Source: Desulfovibrio sp.
GTDB taxonomy: Bacteria > Desulfobacterota > Desulfovibrionia > Desulfovibrionales > Desulfovibrionaceae
DNA length: 61,203 nucleotides
Assembly (NCBI GenBank): GCA_031260965.1
Contig: JAISKK010000012.1
Coordinates: 1-61,203 of the forward strand
Direction of reading: 5' to 3'
The translations under genes and the position numbers were made by a program. How positions within the stretch are numbered: position 1 is the first letter of the stretch; every line of letters begins with the position of its first letter. A model generated the notes under the pieces. The model searched no databases. It worked only from the letters and a program-made list of their open reading frames with translations, and was not told the origin of the DNA. Shown here one piece after another: positions 29,827 through 39,786 of this stretch.

Positions 29827-30963
29827 TTAAGACAATACAACTTCAAGATCTCCAATTAAATCATCCGCATCCTCCAGGCCGATGGAAAGTCGCAGGAGCC
29901 GGTCCGTAAGACCGAGGCGGGCCTTGGCGGCCTCGTCCAGATCGGCGTGAGTCTGGAGGAGGGGAAAGGTGACCAGGGATTCCGGTCCACCCAGACTTTC
30001 CGCAAACATGAAAACTTTTACGCCGGAAAGGATGCTCTCCACCCTTGCCCGGCTTTCTACCTCCAGAGAGATGACCGCCCCGAAACCCTGCGCCTGCGCG
30101 CTGAGGGTTTTATGACCAGGATCAGATTCAAGACCGGGATAATAGAGCTTTTTTACGCCTTTGTGCCTCCTGAGAAAATTGGCCACCACCAGAGCGTTTT
30201 CCCCATGTCGTTTGAGGCGTATGGCCAGTGTTTTCAGGCTGCGCAGCAAAAGCCAGGATTCAAAGGGTCCGAGGATTGCGCCTACGGCATTTTGCACGAA
30301 GGCCAGCCTTTCTCCGAGTTCGGCGTTTTTGGCCACGACCAGCCCGGCAATCAGGTCGTTGTGTCCGCCCAGATATTTCGTGGCGCTGTAAACCGTCAGA
30401 TCCGCCCCGAAGTCGAGGGGGCGGCAGAGAAAGGGGGTCAGAAAGGTGTTGTCCACAATAAAGAGCAAAGCGCGTTCTTTGCAGGCCGCGCCCAGGCTTT
30501 TCAAGTCCGCGACCTTCAAAAATGGATTGGAGGGGGATTCCACGAGCAATCCCTTGACGTCCGGCTGATCCAGCGCTTGCAGGACGGCTTTGTTGTCCGA
30601 GGTGTCAACGTAGATGAAATCAAGACCTTTTTGTCTGCCGAAACGCTCCAGGAGCCGGAAAGTTCCGCCGTAGAGATCCTCGGTGACCACCAGGCGGTCC
30701 CCGGAGGAGAAAAAACTGAGAGCCGCATCCAGGGCGGCGAGACCGGAGGCGAAGGCGCAGGCTTTGGCCCCGCCTTCCAGTTTGGCCAGAGTTTCCTCCA
30801 GGGCCAGACGGGTGGGGTTGGCGGTGCGCGAGTAGTCAAAGCCCGTGCTTTGTCCCAGGGCAGGGTGCTGAAAGGCGGCGGAAGTATGGATGGGCATGCT
30901 TATCGCGCCGGTGGATGGGTCGCGCCGTGCTCCGGCTTGGGCCAGGATGGTGTCCGTTTTCAT
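29827..30963 (-). CDS. Cystathionine gamma-synthase/lyase family PLP enzyme
   Basis: YSRTANPT, FASGLAA, VDNTF, SATKYLGGHND, FAESLGG, LLRLSIGLED. Confidence 0.93.
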   Translation of the reverse strand: MKTDTILAQAGARRDPSTGAISMPIHTSAAFQHPALGQSTGFDYSRTANPTRLALEETLAKLEGGAKACAFASGLAALDAALSFFSSGDRLVVTEDLYGGTFRLLERFGRQKGLDFIYVDTSDNKAVLQALDQPDVKGLLVESPSNPFLKVADLKSLGAACKERALLFIVDNTFLTPFLCRPLDFGADLTVYSATKYLGGHNDLIAGLVVAKNAELGERLAFVQNAVGAILGPFESWLLLRSLKTLAIRLKRHGENALVVANFLRRHKGVKKLYYPGLESDPGHKTLSAQAQGFGAVISLEVESRARVESILSGVKVFMFAESLGGPESLVTFPLLQTHADLDEAAKARLGLTDRLLRLSIGLEDADDLIGDLEVVLS

Positions 30964-31050
30964 GCTTCTTCCTATGATACTATAAAATCGATAGTCTTAG
31001 TAATATTTTATTCCGCAACACAACCTTTGCCGCAGCCCCGTAGATTCAAG

Positions 31051-31491
31051 TCAGATGCAAAAATCCAGGGATTTCCCTTTGCGTTCATCATCCAGCAGGT
31101 CCTGGAGGTTTTTTCCGGAGTAAACCTTTTCCAGGGCATCGCGCGCCTCCCGCCAGAGAGGGAGAAAAACGCAGGAATCTCTTGTGTCGCTGTTGGGCGG
31201 GGGCGAGGCGCTCTCGCAGTCAACGGAATAAATCTGCCCGTCCACAAAACGTACAATATCCGCAATGGAAATGGAACTTGGCGCTTTGGCCAGCCTGAAA
31301 CCACCCCCCCTGCCTCGCCGGCTCTCCACAAAGCCGCCGCTGCGCAACTGGTTCAGGATATTTTCCAGAAAACGCTCCGGAATGTGCTGGGCGGCGGCAA
31401 TGTCCGGAATGCGTAAAAGCCCCTGTCCCCAGTTCCGGGACAATTCGTGCAGGGCACGCAAACCGTATTGGCACTTCATGGAAACTCCCAT
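31051..31491 (-). CDS. Rrf2-family transcriptional regulator (CymR-like)
   Basis: YGLRAL, IPERFLENIL, VESRRGRGGGFRLA; upstream of cysteine/methionine genes. Confidence 0.9.
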   Translation of the reverse strand: MGVSMKCQYGLRALHELSRNWGQGLLRIPDIAAAQHIPERFLENILNQLRSGGFVESRRGRGGGFRLAKAPSSISIADIVRFVDGQIYSVDCESASPPPNSDTRDSCVFLPLWREARDALEKVYSGKNLQDLLDDERKGKSLDFCI

Positions 31492-31577
31492 GCCCGGCTC
31501 TCTTTTGCTTGGTTATAAAGTCACATAAACTGACAGGGATTATGATAAATTAGTTTTCCGGGCTACGCAAGCAATTT

Positions 31578-32669
31578 TCAGGAAAAATTTTCCCTGATAA
31601 TTCCTCCCCCCACAATCAGGTCATCCAGGCAGAAGACCAGGGACTGCCCGGCAGCGACTCCCCCCTGCGGCTCAATAAATTCCACATGCGCGTGTCCGCC
31701 CGCTTCCTGGCGGGCGCGCACCGGCGTGGGCTTCTGCGAAGAGCGCAGGCGGGCGCAAAGTCCAGCTTCGTCCAGGGCCTCGGGCACATTGAGGCGGGTC
31801 TTTTCGATGCGGCAGGAGCGGATCAGACCATCCTCGCGCCCACCCACGACGACGGCATTGCGTTTTGCGTCCGTTTTCAGGACATAGAGGGGGGCAGGGG
31901 CGGCCAGACCCAGGCCTCGCCTTTGACCGGGAGTGAAACGCCAGAATCCAGAGTGTTCGCCGAGCACATGTCCTTGCTGGTCAACAATGGGACCGGGGCG
32001 GGGGGCGACGCCCAAAAGTTCCGTGTAGTCCCCGGCAAAAAAATCCTGGCTGTCCGCCTTGTCATGCATGGGCAGGCCCCGTTTTCGGGCCAGATCCCGC
32101 ACCTCGGCCTTGCGCATTTCCCCAAGGGGGAAAAGGCTGCGGGCCAGTTGCGCGTGGCTTAAGCGGTAGAGAAAGTAGGACTGGTCTCTGCTTTCGTCCA
32201 GACCCCGGCGCAGCACGGGGCGGGTGTATTTTTGCGAAAACTCCACGCGCGCGTAGTGACCGGTGGCGAAATAGGCGTGGCTCATGCCGGCTTGCGCGGC
32301 CAGAGCCGGGAGCAGGCCGAATTTTAAGCGCTGGTTGCAGCGTACGCAGGGGTTGGGGGTTTGTCCGGCCAGATAGGAGGAGCGGAAATAATCCAGAACG
32401 ATTTTTTTGTAGCGGGCGGACAGATCAAAGACCCGGAAGGGGATACCGAGATCCCGGCACAGAGAGGCGGCGGCCCCGATATCCTCTGCCTCGGCCCGAT
32501 CATAGCAGGCGCTTGCCCCGGCCGGACCGGGAGGACCGTCGTAAACGGCCATCATCGCCCCGCTTACGTCGTAACCGCGCTCCAGCAACAGAAGAGCGGC
32601 CACGGAAGAATCCACGCCGCCGGAGAGTCCGACCAGAACTCTGGTCTTTTTGGGGGAGAGCGCCGGCAT
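31578..32669 (-). CDS. mnmA: tRNA 2-thiouridine(34) synthase MnmA (variant)
   Basis: SGGVDSS PP-loop, TPNPCVRCN, ATGHYA, DQSYFL, FTPGQRRGLG; start ATG 32669 overlaps the fliM stop. Confidence 0.92.
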   Translation of the reverse strand: MPALSPKKTRVLVGLSGGVDSSVAALLLLERGYDVSGAMMAVYDGPPGPAGASACYDRAEAEDIGAAASLCRDLGIPFRVFDLSARYKKIVLDYFRSSYLAGQTPNPCVRCNQRLKFGLLPALAAQAGMSHAYFATGHYARVEFSQKYTRPVLRRGLDESRDQSYFLYRLSHAQLARSLFPLGEMRKAEVRDLARKRGLPMHDKADSQDFFAGDYTELLGVAPRPGPIVDQQGHVLGEHSGFWRFTPGQRRGLGLAAPAPLYVLKTDAKRNAVVVGGREDGLIRSCRIEKTRLNVPEALDEAGLCARLRSSQKPTPVRARQEAGGHAHVEFIEPQGGVAAGQSLVFCLDDLIVGGGIIRENFS

Positions 32670-33649
32670 CAGGTGTATTTGGGCTCTTCTTCCTTGATAA
32701 TCTGCAAGGCAATGTTGCCCTTGACAGTGCCGCACACGCCCCAGAATTTTGTGACCCCGGCCAGGGTCACTTCCAGAAGCTCGTCCGTGTCCGTGTCCAG
32801 CAGGATAACATCCCCCGTTTTCAGGCGCATGATCTGGTTGCCGCTCAGTTTGGCGTCCCCGAAGCGCACCTTCATTTCCACCGGGGTTTCCATGATGCGT
32901 TCCTTGAGACGCGCCACCCAGGCGTGGTCCACCTCCAGGCGTTCGGTCTGGAAGCTGGCGTGCAATTTGGAGCGGATCGGCTCAATAGTGGCATAGGGCA
33001 GACAGATGGTCAGTGAACCGATGGCTGTTTCCAGTTCCACCTCAAAGGTAATCACGACAACCACATCGCTTGGAGGCACTATGGAGGCGAACTGGGGGTT
33101 GATTTCCGAACGCAGAAGCTCAAGGCTCACGTCATGCACGGGACGCCAGGACTCTTCCATATTCTGGAGCACAATGCGGATGACCTTGTCAACAATGACC
33201 TGTTCGATGCGTGTGAATTCCCGGCCTTCAATCTTGGGCTGGCTGCCCTGGCCGCCAAAGAAACTTTCCACCAGGGCGAAGACCAGACGCGCGTCTACTA
33301 CGGCCAGGGCGTTGCCGCGTAAGGGGTCCATTTTGAAAATGTTGATGCTGGTGGGCACGGGCAGGGAACGCATGAAATCCCCGAATTTAACCATGTCTAT
33401 GGACAGGGGATTGAGTTCCACGCGCTTACGCAGGATGTTGGACAGCGCGCTGGTACAGAGGCGGGAGAAGCGGTCGTTGACGATCTCAAGAACCGGCATG
33501 CGTCCCCGGATGATGCGGTCCTGATTGGCCAGATCGAAGTTGACCACCCCGGATTCGTCCGGGGCCTCGTCGGTTTCGGATTCGAGTTCGCCGCCGGAGA
33601 GTCCGCGCAACAGCGCGTCAACCTCATCCTGGGCGAGAATTTTGTTCAT
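32669..33649 (-). CDS. fliM: Flagellar motor switch protein FliM
   Basis: ILAQDEVDALL, EGREFTRIE, SEINPQF, C-terminal SpoA-like domain. Confidence 0.97.
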   Translation of the reverse strand: MNKILAQDEVDALLRGLSGGELESETDEAPDESGVVNFDLANQDRIIRGRMPVLEIVNDRFSRLCTSALSNILRKRVELNPLSIDMVKFGDFMRSLPVPTSINIFKMDPLRGNALAVVDARLVFALVESFFGGQGSQPKIEGREFTRIEQVIVDKVIRIVLQNMEESWRPVHDVSLELLRSEINPQFASIVPPSDVVVVITFEVELETAIGSLTICLPYATIEPIRSKLHASFQTERLEVDHAWVARLKERIMETPVEMKVRFGDAKLSGNQIMRLKTGDVILLDTDTDELLEVTLAGVTKFWGVCGTVKGNIALQIIKEEEPKYT

Positions 33650-34089
33650 GCGCTCTTCCTTTTCATCTGGCAGTCAGGGCAGAGACCGTAGAGAATCATG
33701 CGGTGCGAGGTGAGCACAAAACCGTTGCGTTTGGCCACTTCCTCCTGTTTGGCCTCAATGGCAGCATCCACGATCTCCACATTGCGTTCGCATGCGATAC
33801 AAATCAAATGATCGTGATGTTTGCGCTCGTCCAGGGCCTCATAGCAGGCGCTCTGGCCTCCGAAATTTTGTTCTTTGGCAAGACCCGCCCGGCACAAAAT
33901 TTTGAGGGTCCGGTAAACCGTTGCCTGGCCGATGCTCTTGTCCTTTTCGCGCACAGCGGCGTACAGCTCCTCCGTGGTCAGGTGTTTTCCGGATTCAAAA
34001 AAAACTTCCACGATCAGCCGCCGTTGCGGTGTATTTTTCAGGCCCTGTTCCGCAATATAAGTTGCGAAGCGGCTCATTGGATTATTCAT
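33646..34089 (-). CDS. fur: Ferric uptake regulator family protein
   Basis: TPQRRLI, HLTTEELY, IGQATVYRTL, HHDHLICIAC, GLCPDC. Confidence 0.9.
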   Translation of the reverse strand: MNNPMSRFATYIAEQGLKNTPQRRLIVEVFFESGKHLTTEELYAAVREKDKSIGQATVYRTLKILCRAGLAKEQNFGGQSACYEALDERKHHDHLICIACERNVEIVDAAIEAKQEEVAKRNGFVLTSHRMILYGLCPDCQMKRKSA

Positions 34090-34326
34090 GCCGCACTTGT
34101 CCTTGTTTATTCCCAAAATATATATGACCCGAATATATATTGTCCCGCGCTTGTCGGCAAGGTCTTTCAGTCACATGCAAAGAGCGGACCGTTTTGCGCA
34201 TGGCCTGCCGGGGCCGGGACACCCTGGGATGTCTGGCCGCCCTTGCATCACTTGGCTCTATGTTGTATTGTAATGTCATAAGGTTGTGGCTTCCGGCAAA
34301 ATTTTCTGTGAAGAGGACAAGTGGAT

Positions 34327-36363
34327 ATGGAAGTGACTCTCTGGGGGGTGCGTGGCAGCATCGCCAACCCCACGCCGGCGCGGCAGTTTTACGGCGCCAA
34401 CACTACTTGTGTTGAACTGCGTCTGGCCTCCGGCGGACTGCTCATTTTTGACGCCGGGACGGGTATCCGCTCTCTGGGCAAAGAATTGCCGGCCCAGGGC
34501 GAGTGTCATATTTTCATCAGCCACGGGCACAGCGACCATGTGCAGGGCTTAAGTTTTTTTCCGCCCTTCTTCAATCCGGACTGGACGATCAATCTCTATC
34601 TCCCGGAAGGCATGGAAGATCTCCCGCACCGGCTTTTCGACGGCAACAGTTTCCCGGTGGCCTTTGAGGATCTCAAAAGCAAAATAATTATCCGCACTGT
34701 AAAAGCGGACAGCGAATTCGAGATCAATGTCCAGGACGAGCCGCTTCTGATCAAAACCTTTGCCTGCAACCACCCTGGTGGCAGTGTGGCCTATAAGGTG
34801 CAGGCCGGAAAGCCTGTTTTTCTTTTTTCCGGGGACCATGAGATCACGGATGACCCCGGCATCAGGCAGAAAACTGCCGGGATGCTGGAGGGCGTGCATA
34901 CAGCCGTGGTTGACGCCGCCTATTCCAGGGAAGACCAGCCCAAAGGCTGGGGGCACTCCGCCTGGGAAGACTGGGCTATTTTGTCCGAGCGGGCTGGAGT
35001 GATTGTTCTTGTGCTTTCGCACCACTCCCCGGATCGCGCTGACGCCGAACTTGATGTTTTGCAAAAATTCCTCAACCTCAAACGGGAAAAGGGCAAGGAG
35101 AAAATGCAGGTTGTGGCGGCCAGAGAGGGTATGAGACTCTTTGTGCCCGCGCCTGTGGAAGTTGAGTGCAGATCCAGCGACTGGATTGTTGAATTTACAG
35201 AAAAACTCTCCCAGTTCAGGGAAGAAAACGCCCTGCTGGACAGCATCCTGCAAAAGGCCAGGGAGATCACGCGCGCGGATGCGGGAACTTTTTTCCTGGC
35301 CGACGCGGATGAATTGGTCTTCGCCTATTCGCAGAACGACACCCTTTTCCCCGGCAACACCCAGAACAAAAGCGCCTATGTCAATATGCGCCTGCCCATC
35401 AACACGGATTCCATAGCCGGCTACACGGGCGCTACCGGGCGCAGTCTGAATATCCCTGACGTGTATCGGCTGCCGCCGAATGTTCCTTACAGCTTCAATG
35501 AAAGTTTTGATAAAAGCACCGGCTACCAGACCCATTCCGTACTCACCACACCTCTCTTCAGCCGGGATCGCGCTCTGCTCGGGGTTCTGCAGATCATCAA
35601 CAGTCTGAGTCCCCTGAACGGCAAGCCGCAACCCTTTGCCCGGACGATGATCATGTCCGTGGAGCGCCTGGTCGCCGATGCCGCTACCTATCTGGAAATA
35701 AGCGCTCAGGTGCGGGAAAACGTAAAACGTCTCATGGATATAGCCCGCATGCATGATCCGTCCGAAACCGGACCTCACGCCGAACGTGTCGGCGCAATAT
35801 CGGCCGAACTTTACCACCGCTGGGCCATAAAAAAGCAGGTCCCCCTGGAGGATCTGCGCTATTTCAAGAGCCGCCTGCGCCTGGCCGCAATGCTGCACGA
35901 CATCGGCAAAGTCGGCATCAGTGATTTGATCCTGAAGAAGCCCGGTAAACTGACCGATGAGGAATTCTTGCTCATGAAGAGGCATACGGAGTTCGGGGCG
36001 GCCCTTTTTGCCGGAGACGCAAAAGATATAGACGTCATATCGCGGGATATCTCCCTGCATCATCACCAGAAGTGGAACGGCAAGGGTTACCCTCTGCCCG
36101 TGCAGGGGAAAGCGCTGGCCTCCAGGGAAATTCCCCTGTCTGCCCGTATTGTGGCTGTTGCTGATGTTTTTGACGCCCTGGTTTCGCCGCGCTGTTATAA
36201 AAAGCCCTGGTCCTTTGCCGAAGCGGAGCGCCAACTGCATATGGATGCGGGCGAGCATTTTGACCCGGAGATTGTGGACTGTTTCAGTGAGATCCGGGAC
36301 GTGGTGTCCATGATTTACGAGCGTTTCCCGGATAGCGGCGAGGCCGCTCCTCTGCCCGAATGA
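34327..36363 (+). CDS. MBL-fold metallo-hydrolase + GAF + HD-GYP fusion protein
   Basis: WGVRGS, DAGTG, SHGHSDH (HxHxDH); GAF segment SIAGY..LNIPDVY..FDKSTGYQT..GVLQIIN; LHDIGK, HHQKWNGKGYP, VADVFDAL. Confidence 0.9.
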   Translation: MEVTLWGVRGSIANPTPARQFYGANTTCVELRLASGGLLIFDAGTGIRSLGKELPAQGECHIFISHGHSDHVQGLSFFPPFFNPDWTINLYLPEGMEDLPHRLFDGNSFPVAFEDLKSKIIIRTVKADSEFEINVQDEPLLIKTFACNHPGGSVAYKVQAGKPVFLFSGDHEITDDPGIRQKTAGMLEGVHTAVVDAAYSREDQPKGWGHSAWEDWAILSERAGVIVLVLSHHSPDRADAELDVLQKFLNLKREKGKEKMQVVAAREGMRLFVPAPVEVECRSSDWIVEFTEKLSQFREENALLDSILQKAREITRADAGTFFLADADELVFAYSQNDTLFPGNTQNKSAYVNMRLPINTDSIAGYTGATGRSLNIPDVYRLPPNVPYSFNESFDKSTGYQTHSVLTTPLFSRDRALLGVLQIINSLSPLNGKPQPFARTMIMSVERLVADAATYLEISAQVRENVKRLMDIARMHDPSETGPHAERVGAISAELYHRWAIKKQVPLEDLRYFKSRLRLAAMLHDIGKVGISDLILKKPGKLTDEEFLLMKRHTEFGAALFAGDAKDIDVISRDISLHHHQKWNGKGYPLPVQGKALASREIPLSARIVAVADVFDALVSPRCYKKPWSFAEAERQLHMDAGEHFDPEIVDCFSEIRDVVSMIYERFPDSGEAAPLPE

Positions 36364-36386
36364 AGTTTCGCCCGGGAAGGTAAAAG

Positions 36387-38621
36387 ATGAAGATGGGTCC
36401 GCCCGCTCTTTTGCGTTTCCTGCGTGGACGGCGCTTTACGGTCTGCGTCCTGTCCTTCGCCGTTGCTGTTCTGATGCTCGCCCTCTATATCAGCCGGCCC
36501 CCGATCATGCGCTTTCTGGAGCACAAGATTTACGACACCATGCTGCGCGCCGGCGCTGACGGACAGGTTACCCCATCCTGTCCCGTAATTATAGACCTGG
36601 ACGAGGAAGCGCTAAAGGCCTACGGACAATGGCCCTGGCCGCGATTTTTGGTAGCGGCCCTCTTTGAGAAACTGGGCGAGATGGGCGTTGCCTCGGTGGG
36701 CGTGGATATCATCTTTTCCGAAGCGGATCGCTCATCCCCGATTCGGCTGCGCGAAGACCTCAAGCGTTTGGACATCAACGCGAAACTTGACGAGATTCCT
36801 GCTGAATTTCAGGATTATGATCAGCTTCTGGCCTCTTTTCTGCATGAGGGTATTGTGCTGGGCATGTATGCGAATTTTATCGCCTCCGCCTCGCCCTCCG
36901 GCGCGGTGGCCGGGGATGGCGCTTTTGCCCCGCTCCCCGCTCCGCCGTCTATTGGCCTGATCATGCAGGGCGGGTCGGATGGCGAACCTTCTGAAACACA
37001 GATCATAAAGGCCAGGGGCGCGACCTTCCCCCTGCCGCTTTTCTGGGACGCAGCCGCGGTCGGCATGGTTAACATGAACCCGGACGAGGACGGGGTGGCG
37101 CGCGGTCTGCCCCTGATCTGTTTTTACCAGGGACGGCTTTATGCGGCCCTTTCCCTGCGTTCGCTCATGGCCAGTCTGGGTCAGAGAAACCTTTTCCTGA
37201 ATTTTGCTTCGGGCGGTCTGGAATCCATAAAAGTCGGCAAGTACACGATCCCGGTCGGGCCGGACGGACGCTATACCATCCCCTATAAGGGGGGAGCGCA
37301 CACCTTCCCTTACTATAGCGCCAAGGACATACTTGATGATGCTGTTCCGGCGGAAAAACTTGCCGGGCGCATCGCCTTTCTCGGCACTTCCGCGCCGGGT
37401 CTGATGGATATCCGCGTCTCGCCTCTGGACAGGGTCTATCCCGGGGTGGAGGTGCATGCCTCGGTCCTGGATTCCATACTGGCGGAAAATTTTCTCCTCA
37501 CTCCGTCCTGGACGCCGGGCGCCCAGGCTCTGGGAATAATCATCTGCGCTCTGATCGGCGGCCTCTGTTTCGGATTTGCCAAGCCTATAGTCTATGCACC
37601 TGCCGCGGGGGGGCTGACCGGACTGATTCTTTATTTTTCCATGTATTTTTTCCGCCAGGGACTGGTCATTTCCCCCCTCTATATGCTGGCGACTTTGGCC
37701 CTGCTTGGTGTTTGCCTGCTCGTCCTGCGTTTCTGGCAGGAGGAGAAGCAGAAAAAAATGCTGCGCAGCGCCTTTTCCCGCTATGTGGCCCCGGAAGTTG
37801 TGGAGCGCATCGCCGGGCTTGAGGGCGATATCTTCGCGGGTGAGGAAGCGCCCCTGTCCATAATGTTCACGGACATTCGCGGCTTTACCTCAATTTCCGA
37901 AAAACTGAGCCCGCGTCAGATCGTCTCCCTGCTCAACCGCTACTTCACCCCCATGACTGCCCTGGTGCGCGGCAACCTGGGAACCCTGGACAAATTCATC
38001 GGCGACGCGCTGATGGCCTTCTGGAACGCCCCCGTGCAGGTTCCGGACCATCCGCGCCGGGCCGTGCTGACGGCCCTGGCCATGCAGGATACACTGCGGG
38101 AAATGAACGGGTCCTTGCGCGAAGAGTTCGGCATTACCCTGAACATAGGCGTCGGCGTTCACAGCGGCACGGCCTATGTGGGCAATATGGGGTCGGAAGA
38201 TCTGTTGAACTACACGCTGATCGGAGATAACGTCAATCTGGCTTCACGTCTGGAGGGCCTCTGCCCGCAGTTTGGAGTGGGTATTGTGGTCAGCGCCCAA
38301 ACCCGCGCGGGCTGTGGGGACGAGATAGCCTTTCAGCCCCTGGATCTATTGCGCGTCAAAGGCAAAGAACAGCCGGTCTCGGTATTTTGTGCCATGCGTC
38401 CCGAGGAATGGACGCAACGGGCGGAGGAGCTCGAAGAATACATCAGCGCGCGCGATGCTTACGCGGTCGGGAATTTTGCCTCGGCCGGCCGAATATTCGG
38501 CGCGCTCGCAAAGACCTACCCGCAGTCCAAACTTTATGCTCTCTATGCGGCACGCTGCGCGGCCCTTGTGCATAATCCGCCTGCCGAGTGGGATGGGGTC
38601 TGGACCCTGAAAAGCAAATAA
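36387..38621 (+). CDS. CHASE2-domain class III adenylate cyclase
   Basis: GQWPWPR, DEDGVAR, PGVEVHA, 3 TM, FTDIRGFT, DKFIGDA, YTLIGDNVNLASRLEG (Lys/Thr specificity pair, class IIIb). Confidence 0.93.
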   Translation: MKMGPPALLRFLRGRRFTVCVLSFAVAVLMLALYISRPPIMRFLEHKIYDTMLRAGADGQVTPSCPVIIDLDEEALKAYGQWPWPRFLVAALFEKLGEMGVASVGVDIIFSEADRSSPIRLREDLKRLDINAKLDEIPAEFQDYDQLLASFLHEGIVLGMYANFIASASPSGAVAGDGAFAPLPAPPSIGLIMQGGSDGEPSETQIIKARGATFPLPLFWDAAAVGMVNMNPDEDGVARGLPLICFYQGRLYAALSLRSLMASLGQRNLFLNFASGGLESIKVGKYTIPVGPDGRYTIPYKGGAHTFPYYSAKDILDDAVPAEKLAGRIAFLGTSAPGLMDIRVSPLDRVYPGVEVHASVLDSILAENFLLTPSWTPGAQALGIIICALIGGLCFGFAKPIVYAPAAGGLTGLILYFSMYFFRQGLVISPLYMLATLALLGVCLLVLRFWQEEKQKKMLRSAFSRYVAPEVVERIAGLEGDIFAGEEAPLSIMFTDIRGFTSISEKLSPRQIVSLLNRYFTPMTALVRGNLGTLDKFIGDALMAFWNAPVQVPDHPRRAVLTALAMQDTLREMNGSLREEFGITLNIGVGVHSGTAYVGNMGSEDLLNYTLIGDNVNLASRLEGLCPQFGVGIVVSAQTRAGCGDEIAFQPLDLLRVKGKEQPVSVFCAMRPEEWTQRAEELEEYISARDAYAVGNFASAGRIFGALAKTYPQSKLYALYAARCAALVHNPPAEWDGVWTLKSK

Positions 38622-38646
38622 AGCCGTCCATAAGGACAAGACAAAT

Positions 38647-39786
38647 ATGAAGATAGCGGTGTTGGGCAATCAGGCCAGGGCCATGAGCAATTTCTGGACG
38701 GTGTTGCTGCGTTGCATGACGGCTGCCGGGCATGAGGTTCTTTGTCTGATCCCCCACAGCGGGGCAGTAGACGACCCGGTCTGGGAAGATACTCTGGTTG
38801 CGGCCGGGGCGCGTCTCGTCCATTACCGTCTGGATCGCAAGGGCCTCAATCCCTTGCGGGATCTGTTCTGCATTTTTGATCTGTGGAGGATTTTCCGGCG
38901 CGAGAGACCGGATCGTCTCTTCGCCTATGCCATAAAGCCCGTCATATATGGAAGCCTGGCCGCAGCCGTGGCCGGGGCGCCGGACCGCGCGGGGCGCAGC
39001 CTGATGATTACGGGTCTGGGGTATGCCTTTGAGGGGGATTCCCTGCCCAAACGCCTGCTTATGTTTCTGGCCGGGTTTTTGTATCGCCTGGCTTTTTCCC
39101 TGTCCGGGCTGGTCCTTTTTCAGAATGGGGACGACAGAAATCTTTTCGCGCGTCTGGGCATCCTCCCCGCCTCTGGTAAAGTTATGCTCTGCAAGGGCAC
39201 GGGCGTTGATCTGGGGCGTTTTACCTTTTGTCCGCAAGCTTTGGGCGCGCCTCTTTTCCTCTATGTGGGCCGGCTGGTGGCTGCCAAAGGTCTGCGGGAA
39301 TTTATGGCTGCTGCCCGCTTGACGCGGACCAGATACCCGCAGGCCATTTTCCGCATAGTCGGCCCGCCGGAACCGGGACCCGGCGGTGTGCCTTTGCAGG
39401 AGGTTCTGGCCGCACAGGCCGCTGGGGATGTCGAATACCTGGGCGAAAGCCCCGATGTGCGGCCGCACCTCGAAGCAGCCAGGGCTCTGGTGCTGCCTTC
39501 CTACCGCGAGGGTTCACCGGTTTCTCCGCTCGAAGCCATGGCTTGCGGCCGCGCTGTCCTGGCCGCCGACGCCCCGGGATCGCGCGAGGTCGTAATCCAC
39601 GGGGTCACGGGATTTTTAAGCCCGCCGGGGGATGTCAAGGCTCTTGCCGCGGACATGGAATCCCTTATAAAGGATGCAGGGCTGGCCGCGGAAATGGGGC
39701 GGCGGGGAAGGGCCTTTGTGGAAAAAGAATATGACGCAGTAAAGGTAGCTGGGGATTTGCTGCAACAAATCGGAGTAAAGGGATGA
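38647..39786 (+). CDS. Glycosyltransferase family 4
   Basis: IKPVIYG, ITGLG, FQNGDD, VLPSYREG..LEAMACG. Confidence 0.92.
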   Translation: MKIAVLGNQARAMSNFWTVLLRCMTAAGHEVLCLIPHSGAVDDPVWEDTLVAAGARLVHYRLDRKGLNPLRDLFCIFDLWRIFRRERPDRLFAYAIKPVIYGSLAAAVAGAPDRAGRSLMITGLGYAFEGDSLPKRLLMFLAGFLYRLAFSLSGLVLFQNGDDRNLFARLGILPASGKVMLCKGTGVDLGRFTFCPQALGAPLFLYVGRLVAAKGLREFMAAARLTRTRYPQAIFRIVGPPEPGPGGVPLQEVLAAQAAGDVEYLGESPDVRPHLEAARALVLPSYREGSPVSPLEAMACGRAVLAADAPGSREVVIHGVTGFLSPPGDVKALAADMESLIKDAGLAAEMGRRGRAFVEKEYDAVKVAGDLLQQIGVKG

